From contig OZ025788.1 of the NCBI GenBank assembly GCA_964019425.1, positions 868,001-932,000 of the forward strand: DNA of 64,000 nucleotides, read 5' to 3'. Each line of letters opens with the position of its first letter. Position 1 is the first letter of the stretch. The notes beneath the pieces are model-generated. The model made no database searches. It saw only the letters and a list, made by a program, of their open reading frames with translations, and was not told the origin of the DNA. A program made the translations under genes and the position numbers. This document shows, in pieces, positions 24,721-37,092 of the stretch. The stretch is from Flectonema sp. DT1601 (taxonomy: Eukaryota).

Positions 24721-26201
24721 CCTTTTGTTACCTGTTTTTTTGGAGGAGAAAACAATATTGTAAGCGTGGATATTATATCCGGTTTATAAAGAAAGAATCT
24801 CCCCAAAAAAAGAGCTTCTGACGCGTCATTTCAACGGGTTCCTTATTGCAGAATATTTTTAATGTACCGAAGCCAGACAATAAAAGACAACGAACCCCTG
24901 CTGAGGTAAAGTGAAAGAGCTAGCCGGGTGTGGGTGACGAGAGGGGGGCAGACGGCGCGTGGTAGTCGTCAGAACTACATAATCCCCTGTTGTAATTTCT
25001 AAAGCATTCCTGCCAAGGTAAAGGGAAAGCGATAATGATGTGTGACCTCTTTGTTTGGTTTTTTTTTTTTCTTCTTTTTTTTGTTTTTTTCCCCCTATTA
25101 TTATTTTTTTTCCCCAACACCATCACCCCCTCCCTCACTATAAACTGTTAGTATATTAAGCAGCAGCCAGGAATCTGACAAGTCGCTTTATATTAAAAAA
25201 AAATCAGGGAGAGGAGAAAGCAGAACATGTTTTGAAAATGAAGTCAAACCGCACCCATCAAACAGTTTATCTGAAGCATATAACTTACTTAGAAACGTGT
25301 TAACAACTGCAACAGTCTCGGCATCTGGAATAGATATGCTACGCTGCCGGTACTTCTGATGCCCCTTTTGAAGGGGAGAGGAAAGCAAGAGAATGAAAAT
25401 TAAAAAAAAAAAAAAAGGTTTTTGACACCACAAAGGTAGTCAAAAACTAACTGAGGAATTATGAAATAAAATCGCAGGATTTTTTTTAAAAAATACGGAT
25501 AATAAATATGTAAATAAAACGATTTTTTTAAGGAAAAAAAATCGGTAATAAAATCGAATGATAAGCTACATACATTGAGCGTCAGCTTACACGTGTGACT
25601 ACACAGACGAAAGCACGATAGGTACGCTCTTTAAGTTATTAAGTTAATAATTCTTCAGGTAATGTACGAGTTGTAGGGAGGGGAGAGGCTTTCCACACTC
25701 ATGGTTAATTTACTATTCTCTTATTTATTTCTTCTTCCTTCCTTTTTTTTTTTTTTTATTTAAGATTGTTGTCTTTGTTTACAACTGGTTGCTCAAGACA
25801 GTCGGCTCAAAAAAAAAAAAAAAAAAAAAGGGAAATAAAACAAAAGAAACATTAATAATAAAAAGGCAACGCAAAGAGAAAAGATTTTTTTTTTTTAAAT
25901 AAAAACTCTCTGTTGCATTAACAATACGCTCAGGATTTGTGAATATGGTATTTGAGATTTCTACATAAGAACATCTCAAGACAAGCCACTCACTCTCACT
26001 GATAATGTTGTTCAACTTCTAGTTGCCATATCTTCTTCTTATTTTACGTTGCAGTAGTGTGAAAGGGAAAAAAAAAAAAAAAAGAAAAGAAATAATAATG
26101 AAAGCAGGGGAAAGAATGTAAGAATAAATTAAAAACAAGGAACTGGAAGAATATTAAATGGAAGTAATGTATTCTTCTGAAGATTAACTGAAAAAAATTT
26201 C

Positions 26202-26232
<31 letters not shown>

Positions 26233-28097
26233 CTAATTTTATTTGCATGTTACGTACAAACGCAAGTCACAGAAAAAAAGAAAAAAAAAAAATGAACGGA
26301 ATAATGGGAATTTGATATTTTTCTTAAAACTTTTTTTTCTTCTTTTTTTTTCAGACGATATTATTCACGAGTTTCTTTTGTCTTGTTTTGTTAATAAACC
26401 AAATGTCCTTTGCATCACAGAAAAACTTTCACACCAAAATGTTCATCCAGAACACCGGGTTAGACGTAAATTCCAACACTCTACTTGCTGTGTAACCCTC
26501 CCCGCTGATTTAAACTGGCAGGCGGTACTGGGGCTAGGGATTAAAAATAAAAAATAAAAGTGATTATCAAGAAACGACACACTCACTACCTTAGTGACCT
26601 GGGTTTGTTATTACAAAGTTTTTTTTTTTTTTTTTTTCTTAATTTTTCTTAAAATCAGTCTTCGATAATCAAAAAACCCGAATGTGACAAAACGTTCAAC
26701 AAGGTTCTTCTCCTGATCTTCTACTTCACTACATCCCAACAAGTACGACGAGTGACAAAACTACCTACAGATACAGGGAGATGAATAAAGAAGAACGCAG
26801 ACGCAGTCAAAATTGCGGAGCTTCAAAAATAAAATAATAATAAAATACCGGGTACCAATTTTTCCACTCCGCTGAATGGCGGAACGAGCTCCCGAAAGAG
26901 TGAAGTGAAGTGGTTTAGGATAGGGAATCAGACTCATAATGTTACGCAGACTCTACAAAAACAATAATAGAGTGATAATGCAAAGCTTTTCATTGAGTAA
27001 TGGAAAAGGACACGTGGTAAAGGAATGGAGATTAGGGTGTATTTTTTGTTAAATTTTTTTTTCTGCCTCTCATAATCTTTCGGCAACAGCTTCCTTGAGA
27101 CATCCGCATACAACACATTGGACCTCCTTTTCGTTGTTTTTTTTTTTTTTTTTTTTCTTCTTCCTCCCAAAGGAAAATATTAAATAGTAATTGTAATAAA
27201 TAACAGAGAGGCAGACAGCAGGACTAGAAAGGAACCAACGGGGAATGCAAATTAATGTCTCAAAAAAAAAGTAAAGTCTGCTTAGGCTAAACAACGATAA
27301 TATAACAGTACAACTCAACACGACATCATGCATGAAAGACCAACTTAGTTCCAGACAACTCCTATGCAGGTTGTCTAGCGAGTCAAATTGACAGCAGTGC
27401 TCAGACTTGACTCATTACTTTGGTTTCACTCAAATGACGTGCTAGCGATGAAAAACTGAAATGGGGGGAGTGGAAAAGGAAAGAAAAAAAAAAACGGAAG
27501 TGAAAAGGGATGGGTGTATAGAAAAAATCAAGTTTCGAAGGCTAGTAAAACGTTACCAATGCCTACCAGTGTGTCAGCCTCACCACGGAGAATTACCATA
27601 TTGTGAATGAGGTGAGCCACTCGCAGGTATTTGCATAGTAGTTGGAAAAAGAAAAAAAAGATTGGGCAGAAAAAAACTCCGCCTCTAAAAAAAAAAAAGG
27701 GGGGGGAGGGAGAGGGATTGGAATAGGAGCAAGCTTCTCAAACCTTTGCAAAAATTAAAAAAAAAAAAAAAGAAGAAGTAAGTGATATAAAAGAGAACAC
27801 AATTAATAAAATGGACTTACCTGCCAATATAATTTTTTTTTTTTCTTTTGCACCAATAATTACGAAGTGCCTCTCCTTTCTTTAATTGAAACAGTCCTCC
27901 CAAATCGACGTATCCCGCAGTTACACAAGAATGGGTAGCGCGGTCCCACGAATGGTGTGAATCAATTATTGTAATTGTAGTTTACGGTGATAAACAAAGT
28001 GTAAATTGAGAACGCTCCTGGGGGTTTTGTAAGGGAATAACTAACAAGAAAAACTGTAAACTAGTTCCCTTAAAAAATAAAGAAAGTATCGGGGGAA

Positions 28098-28130
<33 letters not shown>

Positions 28131-28270
28131 AAAATAACATCAGCAGTTATTTCGTTGATTAATAATTTCACCAACAAAAAAAAAAAAAACAAAAAAAAAA
28201 AAAAAAAACAACAACTTTTTATTTTTCAAGGACGATAATATTATAAATTAATATTTTTTTTTTTTTTTTT

Positions 28271-29467
28271 TTAAGCACCAATCTTAATGACCGGAAGAGG
28301 TGTAGACTTTGCCCGAAAAGACTGGATAATTATATTGTCATCCTCATCATCGTCAAGGTAGTATTCTCTAATGTGTGCAGCGTACGTGATAGCGCTATCG
28401 TAGTAAGGTGAATGAGCAATTTCAGGAAATGCTTGACGAATGATTTTCGAGCATCTGCGGTAGTGTTCCGGAGAAGCATCTAATTCTGCATCTTGATCGA
28501 TATAGTCATCCATATTGATGAATCCGGTTATGACTTTTGATACACAAGACTTCACCAACTCAAGTTCTGATAGTTGAAGAGCACAAAGCTTTGCAACAAA
28601 AGAAGCAACATCAGTCACATCATCGCAAGCATCAAGGTATTGAATGCAATACTCGTTCACAAGTGACTGAAGAGTTAAAAATCTCTTCGATGTTCCCAAC
28701 AATATCAACTCATCCCCATATTGTGATCCTTGAGAATCATTTTCCTCATCACTCGATGCTGTTTCAATAACTTCAGTACTGTCTGTTAAGAGAGCAATAA
28801 GCTCTGCTACCACACAAGACATTCCTTTATTTTCTACAGCAAACGATACCAGAGAATCGGCTAATTGAGCCAAGACTTCTCTGTCAGCAATATTTAAACA
28901 AACTGACTGTAATTTCTGAGCTACTTCTGAAAAACAGCTTCCGGTTGTAGATTCAATTCTGACAGAAGCCTGAAGTTTTATAAGTTGCGCAGATGTAATT
29001 TTAGCAACCTGAACTCTGCTGATCGGTTCAATGTGATGCCGAGGGGAATCCTTAATAGATAATTGTGGTCTTGGGATCATTGGTGTTTCAATCTGGTGAA
29101 AGAATGCAGCGATTCTTGAATTACGAATTCCTTCACTCGCAGAAACCCAAATCGCCATAACTGCAGCTACACCACTTCTAACTGACTCAAACTCAGCATT
29201 TCCCTGATCCTCAACTGGAAGAATTGTACAAGCGTAGTCTGGTGGAGCGTTTTGGAAGTACTCCTGTCTTCTTCTTCTGTAGTTTCTTCCCCCGTTTCCC
29301 CAACCTCTTTGGTTACCACCGTGTACCTGGTACGCATCTTGAATTGGATATTGAAGACTTATGCCCTGCTCGTAGTACACCTGAGGAGCTTGCTGCTGCA
29401 TTGGATGCAACATCACTGGGTTTCCGTATTGCATAGGTGCCTGGTTGTAGTATCCAAGTGACGACAT
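28271..29467 (-). CDS. MIF4G-like helical domain protein with Q/Y/G-rich N-terminus
   Basis: 398-aa ORF. The helical segments LAQLADSLVSFAVENKGMSCVVAELIALL and VASFVAKL resemble the MIF4G fold. Confidence 0.6.
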   Translation of the reverse strand: MSSLGYYNQAPMQYGNPVMLHPMQQQAPQVYYEQGISLQYPIQDAYQVHGGNQRGWGNGGRNYRRRRQEYFQNAPPDYACTILPVEDQGNAEFESVRSGVAAVMAIWVSASEGIRNSRIAAFFHQIETPMIPRPQLSIKDSPRHHIEPISRVQVAKITSAQLIKLQASVRIESTTGSCFSEVAQKLQSVCLNIADREVLAQLADSLVSFAVENKGMSCVVAELIALLTDSTEVIETASSDEENDSQGSQYGDELILLGTSKRFLTLQSLVNEYCIQYLDACDDVTDVASFVAKLCALQLSELELVKSCVSKVITGFINMDDYIDQDAELDASPEHYRRCSKIIRQAFPEIAHSPYYDSAITYAAHIREYYLDDDEDDNIIIQSFRAKSTPLPVIKIGA

Positions 29468-29763
29468 TTTTTTAATAAAATTAAAAAGATGAGGGGACGG
29501 TGGGGTCCTAATAAATCAGAATAAACATGACTACAAAAACAGCTGATTACACTTTCCTTTTTAATAAAGTAGTTCCCCGCAGACACCATCACAATCCTGT
29601 ACAAGAGAATAAAGAAACAACACTACACATAATACTAACAACTCTACTACGTGCGATAATGGGGTACCGTGTAATAATCGGTGAATAATACTTACTATGT
29701 CGAGTGTACATAGCATTTAAAACAGAGCACAACTGTGTAACAACACAACTTAATAGGTTCAAC

Positions 29764-30018
29764 TCATATATTTCTTAAAGTGGTCCATGCTCTGTTAAGG
29801 TGAGCCTGTACGTCTATTCCCCTTCCAAAGTCCATATTCCCTGACTTTATACTTTTATAGTTAGCTGTCGCAAGTCCGTGAACCTTTACTTGTGGAATGT
29901 GAACGCCATCCATCACAACACGTGATGGTCGTATCTTTGGAGTATTTATTGAATGATGACCAAAGTCAGATATCTTTTTGCCGTGTGACATTAGCGTCGA
30001 ATCAAATCCGACCCCCAT
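29764..30018 (-). CDS. Small hypothetical protein (84 aa)
   Basis: ATG preceded by an A run (aaaaaacATG), on the gene-bearing strand, with ordinary protein composition. No recognisable domain. Confidence 0.45.
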   Translation of the reverse strand: MGVGFDSTLMSHGKKISDFGHHSINTPKIRPSRVVMDGVHIPQVKVHGLATANYKSIKSGNMDFGRGIDVQAHLNRAWTTLRNI

Positions 30019-30996
30019 GTTTTTTTATAATACCGTTATCTGAGAGTCAAAATATTAGTATGTTTTTCTTCTTCTTCGATTTTTTTAAATTTTCTATTCA
30101 CAAACTGAGATAAATTCGTAGTCGCACTGTTTCCTGTTAATTAAGTAATAGCAATAGTTTTACTCTTCATCATAACAACCTTAAGCAATTTGCGTGAACA
30201 ACGAAACGTACTGTCCCAGCAGTGTCAGGACGGGTTTGGGAAGGGGAGCACAAATCTCTATGGGGAGAGACAGGACGTAGAGAACGGAAAAAAGGAACAT
30301 CAATACTCGGCGGAACTTTATCGCTGAACCTAAGAATACCATTTTTTCACTTTTTAATTCTTAACAGCGATAAGAAAGGTAGCACGCTCTTCCGACGAGT
30401 AAGAATCGTTTCTTTTTCAACTCTCCACGGTACTGTAAACCCAACGGGTTCCGTATCATAATTGCAGAGGTGCACATTCATACCATTTTTAGCATGTTAA
30501 AACTTCAGTTATTCGTCAATATTCACTGGACTTCCGAAAATCGCGTTGGAAGTTGATACATTCTGCTTCAAGTAAGCCACAACTTGTAATCGTTAGGTAG
30601 TCTTCAATGGGTCATTACAATAAATCAAGTAAGAAACGATAATCAAGTGACCCACTTAAATGCAAACCCACCTTATAATAAAGACTGCTGTACTCTCTTA
30701 GATGGTGCAGACGGCTTGCTGACATTATATGAGGTGTGCAACAATCATAACAATAAGGTTTCTGACAAAGTCTTTTTTTTCTTTCTCCCTTCTTTTTTCT
30801 TTTTTTTTAAATTGCATGTGTGTCTTTTTATTTTTTCATAATTCGAATGAAAGCTAGAAAACAAGAACAATTAGATAGACTCCGAGAAAACAACATTTTC
30901 TTATCCGTTGAGAGTACACGGTAACGGGGTTTGAAAAGGTGAGCTACACAGAGACCACAACAACGTCCAGCCACCAAATCGATCAATTAAAAAGAA

Positions 30997-31032
<36 letters not shown>

Positions 31033-33054
31033 TGAGAAAAAAAATGGGAGTAAAATTAAAAAAAAAAGAAGACCCTGTCGTAAAAAGCTCTATTGTCGAA
31101 TCTGTCAAATGAGACAACAAAAAAGGCTGGTAAAAATAAAAAATAACTTGAGAAATAAAAGATCTAACGGGTAAAAGAGTCATGAAAATACGTGCGGAAA
31201 CAGCTTCAGTAAGAAGGACGAATGAGACGGGGTATGAGGAATGAACAAACCAAACCTGAAAGAAACCGATCAAAAGGTTAATTTTAGAAATGTGCTACAA
31301 GACATGGTGTAAGGAAAAAAATCTGTTCAATTTTGTTCAGGAACACTTGTGTTGTCTTCAGAAAATAGAGACTACCGAACGTACAATAACAACAACCTCA
31401 ATCGGTGTACAGTCTATATCCAATGACTAACATGTGCACGTTATAAAGAACGCAACAGATATAAAATAATCGCGAAGTAAGATGAGATAGGTTGTTTTCG
31501 TCGCGTACACGAAGGACTAAATCTATCTTAAACAATCCAGTTGGGTTACAACAAGTACTTTGTAGCTTCAAGTAACTCCCTCAGAGAGTACAAGAGACTA
31601 ATCGCTTGGTGCTCATCACTGTAGCTGTAAGTCAGCAAGTAGAAAGGCGTGTGAGAGCAATAAGGGAAGAAATGGATCAAACCCAGTACTATAAGCAGCT
31701 TTGCAATTGTTTGCTGCAAACTATAGAATCTTAAACTGATGTGAATGCACACAATGCGATATTTGAGACCTGGAAGACAAACCCTTCTCGAGGTAGAGCA
31801 GCAAAATAAAAAAAATAAATAAGTAAAAACAAAACCGACATAAAAAGTTAAATAAAAATAGCGCGTCCTTCACCAACACCGTGAGGGTACAGGCAAAGGG
31901 GGAGAAGCAGGCAGTGTTTGTCTTTTGTAACACGAATACCAACATTTCAATAGGAAATGCTGTTGGGCTTAGCAACCCAATGACTTGGTAGTTGAGAAGA
32001 TGACCAACTCATCGCAGAGTGGTCATATAACATATGCGGCTTGATCAAGCTCGCTAAACTAGTCCACGCTAATAGTTTACTGTAAAACAGTCAACACTAG
32101 CAATACACCAGCTCAATAAAAATCACTTTTTAAATCACCGAGATCACAGAGGAATTACCTCAAATGCTGTACAGTCAGCCGAACGAATAAAGGGAGAGAA
32201 AGGAAGCCGGTAAAGTATCTGTCATTCCACCGATGGGAAGGATAATAATTTTAAAGCCTGCACAGTATTGGAATTATAAAAGAGTTCTCCCGACTCTTAT
32301 GTTCTGATCGTAGGCGAGTAAAACGAGTCGCTTGTTCTGCAGAAGCCAACAGCGACTCAGATACACGATCTGTCACTCATGCTGGTTTGAGCAGAAGCCT
32401 GGCCACACGGTCAGTCGCAGGTCTACACGGAACTCAACTGTTCTTGTTATTCACCTCTGTATGTGAGGCAGATTCAAGAATCCTATTTTTGAAATCGTTC
32501 TTGTTCTAGTCACACTCAATGCCGTGTAAATAATTACTATTCTGAGATTAGTATCTGTCGACAATTAAAGTGATCTATTAACGATTCGTACACAAAACTC
32601 TTCACTCTTATTCACATTCTTTCTTTCTAGTAGCATTCTAATTAGTTTGCTACGATCTCTCGAAAGTTGTGAACATCATCCGACAGTACTTGTCAGACGT
32701 ATATATCAATACACTTCAAGGAAACAATAAGTTGGAAACCCAGAAGTGCACTCTACGTACGTGTCCCACGACGTAGGGTTTATCCTTTTTTTCTAAAATG
32801 ATCGTCTCAGTCAATTACAAAGAACCACATTATCGCACTGATGGAGCACCCTTAATGTGGTGGAAGTTCTTCATTTCGGTACCAATCAAAGGGAGAGGAC
32901 CACTAACGGGGTATTGCAGAATAGCCCGAAATGCAGTTTTTGTATAAAACTTAATGTCACACTATACAGCATGTCACGTGTTTTATCCGCAAGAAATGTT
33001 GAGAGAGGTAGAGCTGGCCAAAGCAAAGGAAAGACAAAAGCACGCGGAATTGTT

Positions 33055-33094
<40 letters not shown>

Positions 33095-33611
33095 GCGCAA
33101 CATGGAAATACGTGTCGCTGACTTACCTCCCTAATGAGCTTCAAAAAAACTAGCTGTAGCGTGGTAAGTTACTTGCGACATAAGGAAGGAGGGGTTCCAA
33201 CAGTCTTTGACCCCCAGGAGCCACAGCATCCCATTAAAACAGTCAGTTATAAGTGACTTACTCAAGGAATAAGACAAGAGACAGCGGATGGGGATAACAG
33301 AAAGAAAGAACAACTCGACTACACACTTAACGCGGCACACGAGCTGTCCATAAACAAAAGAAATAAAGACCACAAAGAAATAGTTGTCGGCAGTGCTTAC
33401 GTTTCAGCACAGGTCTGTAGTCGCCCTGGTGTCCCAAGCCGCAAGAGATTCCGCATATCAGCTTTGACGGTAGTTATGGCTGCTGTGCTGTAACGAAACT
33501 CTCGTTCGTGCTGTGGAGCCAAACAGAAATTTAATGCATTCGGCTGTAGTTCTACAGCTCTAATTATTCGACAGATGGTTTGCACTAACCGTGAGATGTG
33601 GTGGCTGTTTT

Positions 33612-34608
33612 TCAGGCCCAAAATTCTGATTTTTCATTCTCGGGGCCGACTAAGAAAAGTTTGCATTGCTCATATGATCCGAGAAATATGAGACCACCAA
33701 GTCCCATCCATGTCGCTCGGGTAATAGAACCTCTAAATAACCCAGCGATACCTTCTGTAGAAGTAATGTGTCGCATGAATTGTAGTGTGGTGTTGTGGGT
33801 GGATGAGGGCTCACCTAACATGATGCGAGTTTTGCAAACGTCGAGAGGAGTTGTTAGGAATGCAGAAACGAAACCAGTACAGGCGCCCACACAAGCAGAT
33901 TGCCATACGGCAAGTGGTTTACCTGTGCGGTTACTTAGTGATCGTTTTGCACCTTCATACATAGGATATTGAAGTACTGAAAATGGAACATCCCGAAAGG
34001 CTGTTGCTCTAAATGCTCGTACAAATCCTGGCACTCCATTCCGCCGGACTATCATCGCCGCTTCTGTCGCAGTCTGCACCCGTCCGGCTTGCATCTGCTG
34101 TTTAATAATTTCTGTTGGTACCCTAATATTACAAGCTACTACTTCTCCAGCAGCTGCTGCTGACGCACATATGCACCACTCCGGGATTCGCCCCCCACTG
34201 TCCGACAGTTTTATTTGTTTCTTACTCGCTTCGTAGGAGAGGAAAAAAAGTGCAGAGCAGGGTATCGAACCAGCGAGCGCTGCAGGCATCCCGCTGTATA
34301 GACCACGGTAACCTCCCGCGGCATGAATACCGCCAACCGCTTGCAGTCGTGTTTTCAGGCAATCAAGAGGGAATAAAGTCTGTATTCGATTTTTTTCTTC
34401 TCTTTTTGGCTTCCATTGTGAAGCTTTAAAGATAAGATAAAATGATCGTCTCACATACCGCATCTACTGTCAGCCCTGCTATTCCCCCAGCAGTCAAAGA
34501 TGTTAGGTAGGGCGCGTTGTGCCACCACCGGTTCCACGGATCAAAAGGCAACGACTCGTTCGCCATCGGATTACGCTGGAGCGTTTTGTGAGCTGAATCG
34601 CTGCTCAT
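33612..34608 (-). CDS. Mitochondrial carrier, S-adenosylmethionine carrier-like (SLC25A26/Pet8); exons 34608-34459 and 34379-33612
   Basis: Three carrier signatures (PLDCLKTRLQ, PTEIIKQQMQ, PLDVCKTRIM) plus RDVPFSVLQYPMYE. 79-nt intron 34380-34458. Confidence 0.9.
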
Positions 34609-34917
34609 GCTGAAGTGAAAGAAATGAGATACATTATTCTATATAATTTACTAAACCAATAGACCAGGCATAATACATGTTGGAGAGGGGTTAGTAACAT
34701 TATTAACCAACCCGAGCTGCTTGCCTAGTAGGCTAATAATCAGCATTATATATAAAAGGTACAATACAATTCTAGAGATGGGGACAACGGGGGAGGTGTT
34801 TTTATTCAGTGAGAGATAAAATATAATCGCAACACTTTCAAGAATACCAGTGCTGACAGCTAAACTACATACTTGTAGTCTTTATAGGGCCATTCTGTCA
34901 CACTGATTGCTTACTAT

Positions 34918-35517
34918 TTATCGCCAGTTTTGCTCTCGTTGCTGTAATTTTGCTTTTTTAGGACGTTGTCGAAGTCCTTCACTCCAATGATGACGACCAC
35001 TTGAAGGAGGTATATCTGGATATTCTCTAGTACTAATAACTGGTGCGTATCCTGCCTTAATACGATGAGATCCCGTGTAGAGATGTTCAGTTGTAAGTTT
35101 TTCGAATATTGGAGGCTGAGGTTGTAACAAAGGATGATTATCCACGAGAATCATTTCATCAATTAGTGGTTCCTCATCTCTAAAACTCTCACCTCGATAT
35201 TGCCAATCATACTCATCATTTCCAAAACCAATAGACGTTCTACCCGAAGCATTTAAATTCATTCTCGTAATCTGACTAAGATCAAGAACTCTTCCACCTG
35301 AGTACTTTGTCTTCTCACTGTATGTCGGTACTCCATATCCCTCAGAATCAAATCTATTTTTACTTGATCCAGTGTACATTCTATGATCTGTTAACTTATT
35401 AAATACTCTACTTTCTTTATAATAACTTTGTTCCATTCTTGTAGGGAGTACACATCCAGGTAATCTCTTGTTTTGATTAAATTGGTGAATACTCGACGAC
35501 GGATCTGAGTACGGCAT
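34918..35517 (-). CDS. Protein with two partial p25-alpha (TPPP/apicortin-type) motifs
   Basis: VFNKLTDHRMYTGSSKNRFDSEGYG and IFEKLTTEHLYTGSHR resemble the partial p25-alpha consensus. Confidence 0.7.
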   Translation of the reverse strand: MPYSDPSSSIHQFNQNKRLPGCVLPTRMEQSYYKESRVFNKLTDHRMYTGSSKNRFDSEGYGVPTYSEKTKYSGGRVLDLSQITRMNLNASGRTSIGFGNDEYDWQYRGESFRDEEPLIDEMILVDNHPLLQPQPPIFEKLTTEHLYTGSHRIKAGYAPVISTREYPDIPPSSGRHHWSEGLRQRPKKAKLQQREQNWR

Positions 35518-35712
35518 ATTGATATCAACTACGAAAGGAATTAAATAACAAACAAAAAAAACTACTTTTAAGAACTTTCATTTTTGCTGGACAAAACACG
35601 GCAAAATAAAGCCCCCTGTAAAGGGATGGGATGAACCATTTATTTACGATATGGTGACATGCAGGAGGAATGAAACGCTTTGCGAACCCTCTACAAGAGA
35701 GGATTGTAATCC

Positions 35713-36654
35713 TTAATCGATTCCACGAGAAGGTTTATATTTCTTGTTAACACAATTAGTGGAAGTGTTACTACAAAAGACTGGAGGTAGTATTGTTGGG
35801 TTTTCGGAATTGTGTGGAGAATATATGTGACTCCCTGGGGAAGGATCGAGAGAGTGACGAAAACAGTAGTCAGAAGACAAGTCTTGAGAACTACTACTTT
35901 CTAAACCACTCTCAGAACAAGAACTTTCAGTTTCTGATCTTTCAGCGGTAGCAACAGAGCTACTAACCTCTGCACTGAGAGGCGTTACTGGTGGATCCTC
36001 TTGTTCTTCTACAGTTGATGATAATGGAGAAGGAGAAGTAATTTCTTTACTTGTTTCTTTAATTATTATTGCATTCGATTCCTTCACAACCTGAGGTGTC
36101 GGAACCTGAGGTATCGGAACCTGAGGCGTCAGATCCTCACTCTTCAAAACTCCTCCAAACAGATTCCCAAGCGGATCCAATCCCCCAATTTTAGTTAACA
36201 ATCTGCGCAGTAAGTAACGAGAAAGTTTAGGACTCGACTTGTAGACCATCCACTTCCCATTCATAGTAATAGATTGAAGACTTCTCCTATCTGATCTCAC
36301 TAAGTCTGCAATAGATAAGATTTGTCTAGTGACTAATGGATACTTTAATGTAATGTTTCTACCTTCAGTTGCACGAGAGTACAGCTTCAGATTTCTAACT
36401 TGAAAACAGAGCGATCCGCGAGTAGCAATAGAGCCGTTCTTTAGAACACATTGTAGACAAGTTTCATTCTTTGGTAATAATAACACAACCGTAACATTTG
36501 GACTCGTAAATATATGCGACTGTACACGACAAGTGAACGTTGGTTCTCCTCTTCCCTGAACCCTCGCTGTCTCTGGTCTCACACGATCAGGGGGTGGTGT
36601 AGGTGTGTGGCACACAGCTGGAGCTGTACTGGGACGTTTCCTCAACTTTGCCAT
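35713..36654 (-). CDS. Hypothetical protein with S/P/E-rich C-terminus
   Basis: 313-aa ATG ORF on the coding strand. No domain recognised. Confidence 0.6.
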   Translation of the reverse strand: MAKLRKRPSTAPAVCHTPTPPPDRVRPETARVQGRGEPTFTCRVQSHIFTSPNVTVVLLLPKNETCLQCVLKNGSIATRGSLCFQVRNLKLYSRATEGRNITLKYPLVTRQILSIADLVRSDRRSLQSITMNGKWMVYKSSPKLSRYLLRRLLTKIGGLDPLGNLFGGVLKSEDLTPQVPIPQVPTPQVVKESNAIIIKETSKEITSPSPLSSTVEEQEDPPVTPLSAEVSSSVATAERSETESSCSESGLESSSSQDLSSDYCFRHSLDPSPGSHIYSPHNSENPTILPPVFCSNTSTNCVNKKYKPSRGID

Positions 36655-37092
36655 AACAAAGAAGAGAACATCTGACTACTGTAGAATAAGTTAACATACA
36701 ATCAAATAGATACAAACAGTACAGCTTTACAGTTGAATGACTATAATGTTTGTTTAAATGCTGTGGGGAAAAAAAGGAACAATTATTACCATTCGCCAAC
36801 AACAGAGACTAAGACTCGATACTTAGTAATTTAGTGTAACTGCGTTACTTAAACATTTAAATAAACCAATCTGTAGGTTACTATCAGTCACAGCAGAAGC
36901 TGGTGATAAACTCTAATTTGATTTGAGGTAAACCACATGAGAACGGTTTAGATCGAATAGGTTACCAGATCTTGTTTTCCTAAAAATGCCTGCTGAGTTC
37001 AACATCGCTGTTGAGTTCCATTACCGAATACTTCGAATACTGCACGAAGTGCTCAGCAATGTTTCGAGTGTGTATGGTAGCAAAAAAACATG

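Noticed and set aside
32325..32358. Hairpin GAGTCGC..GCGACTC as an ncRNA
   Set aside because: A single short stem with no box motifs or second copy; compatible with chance.
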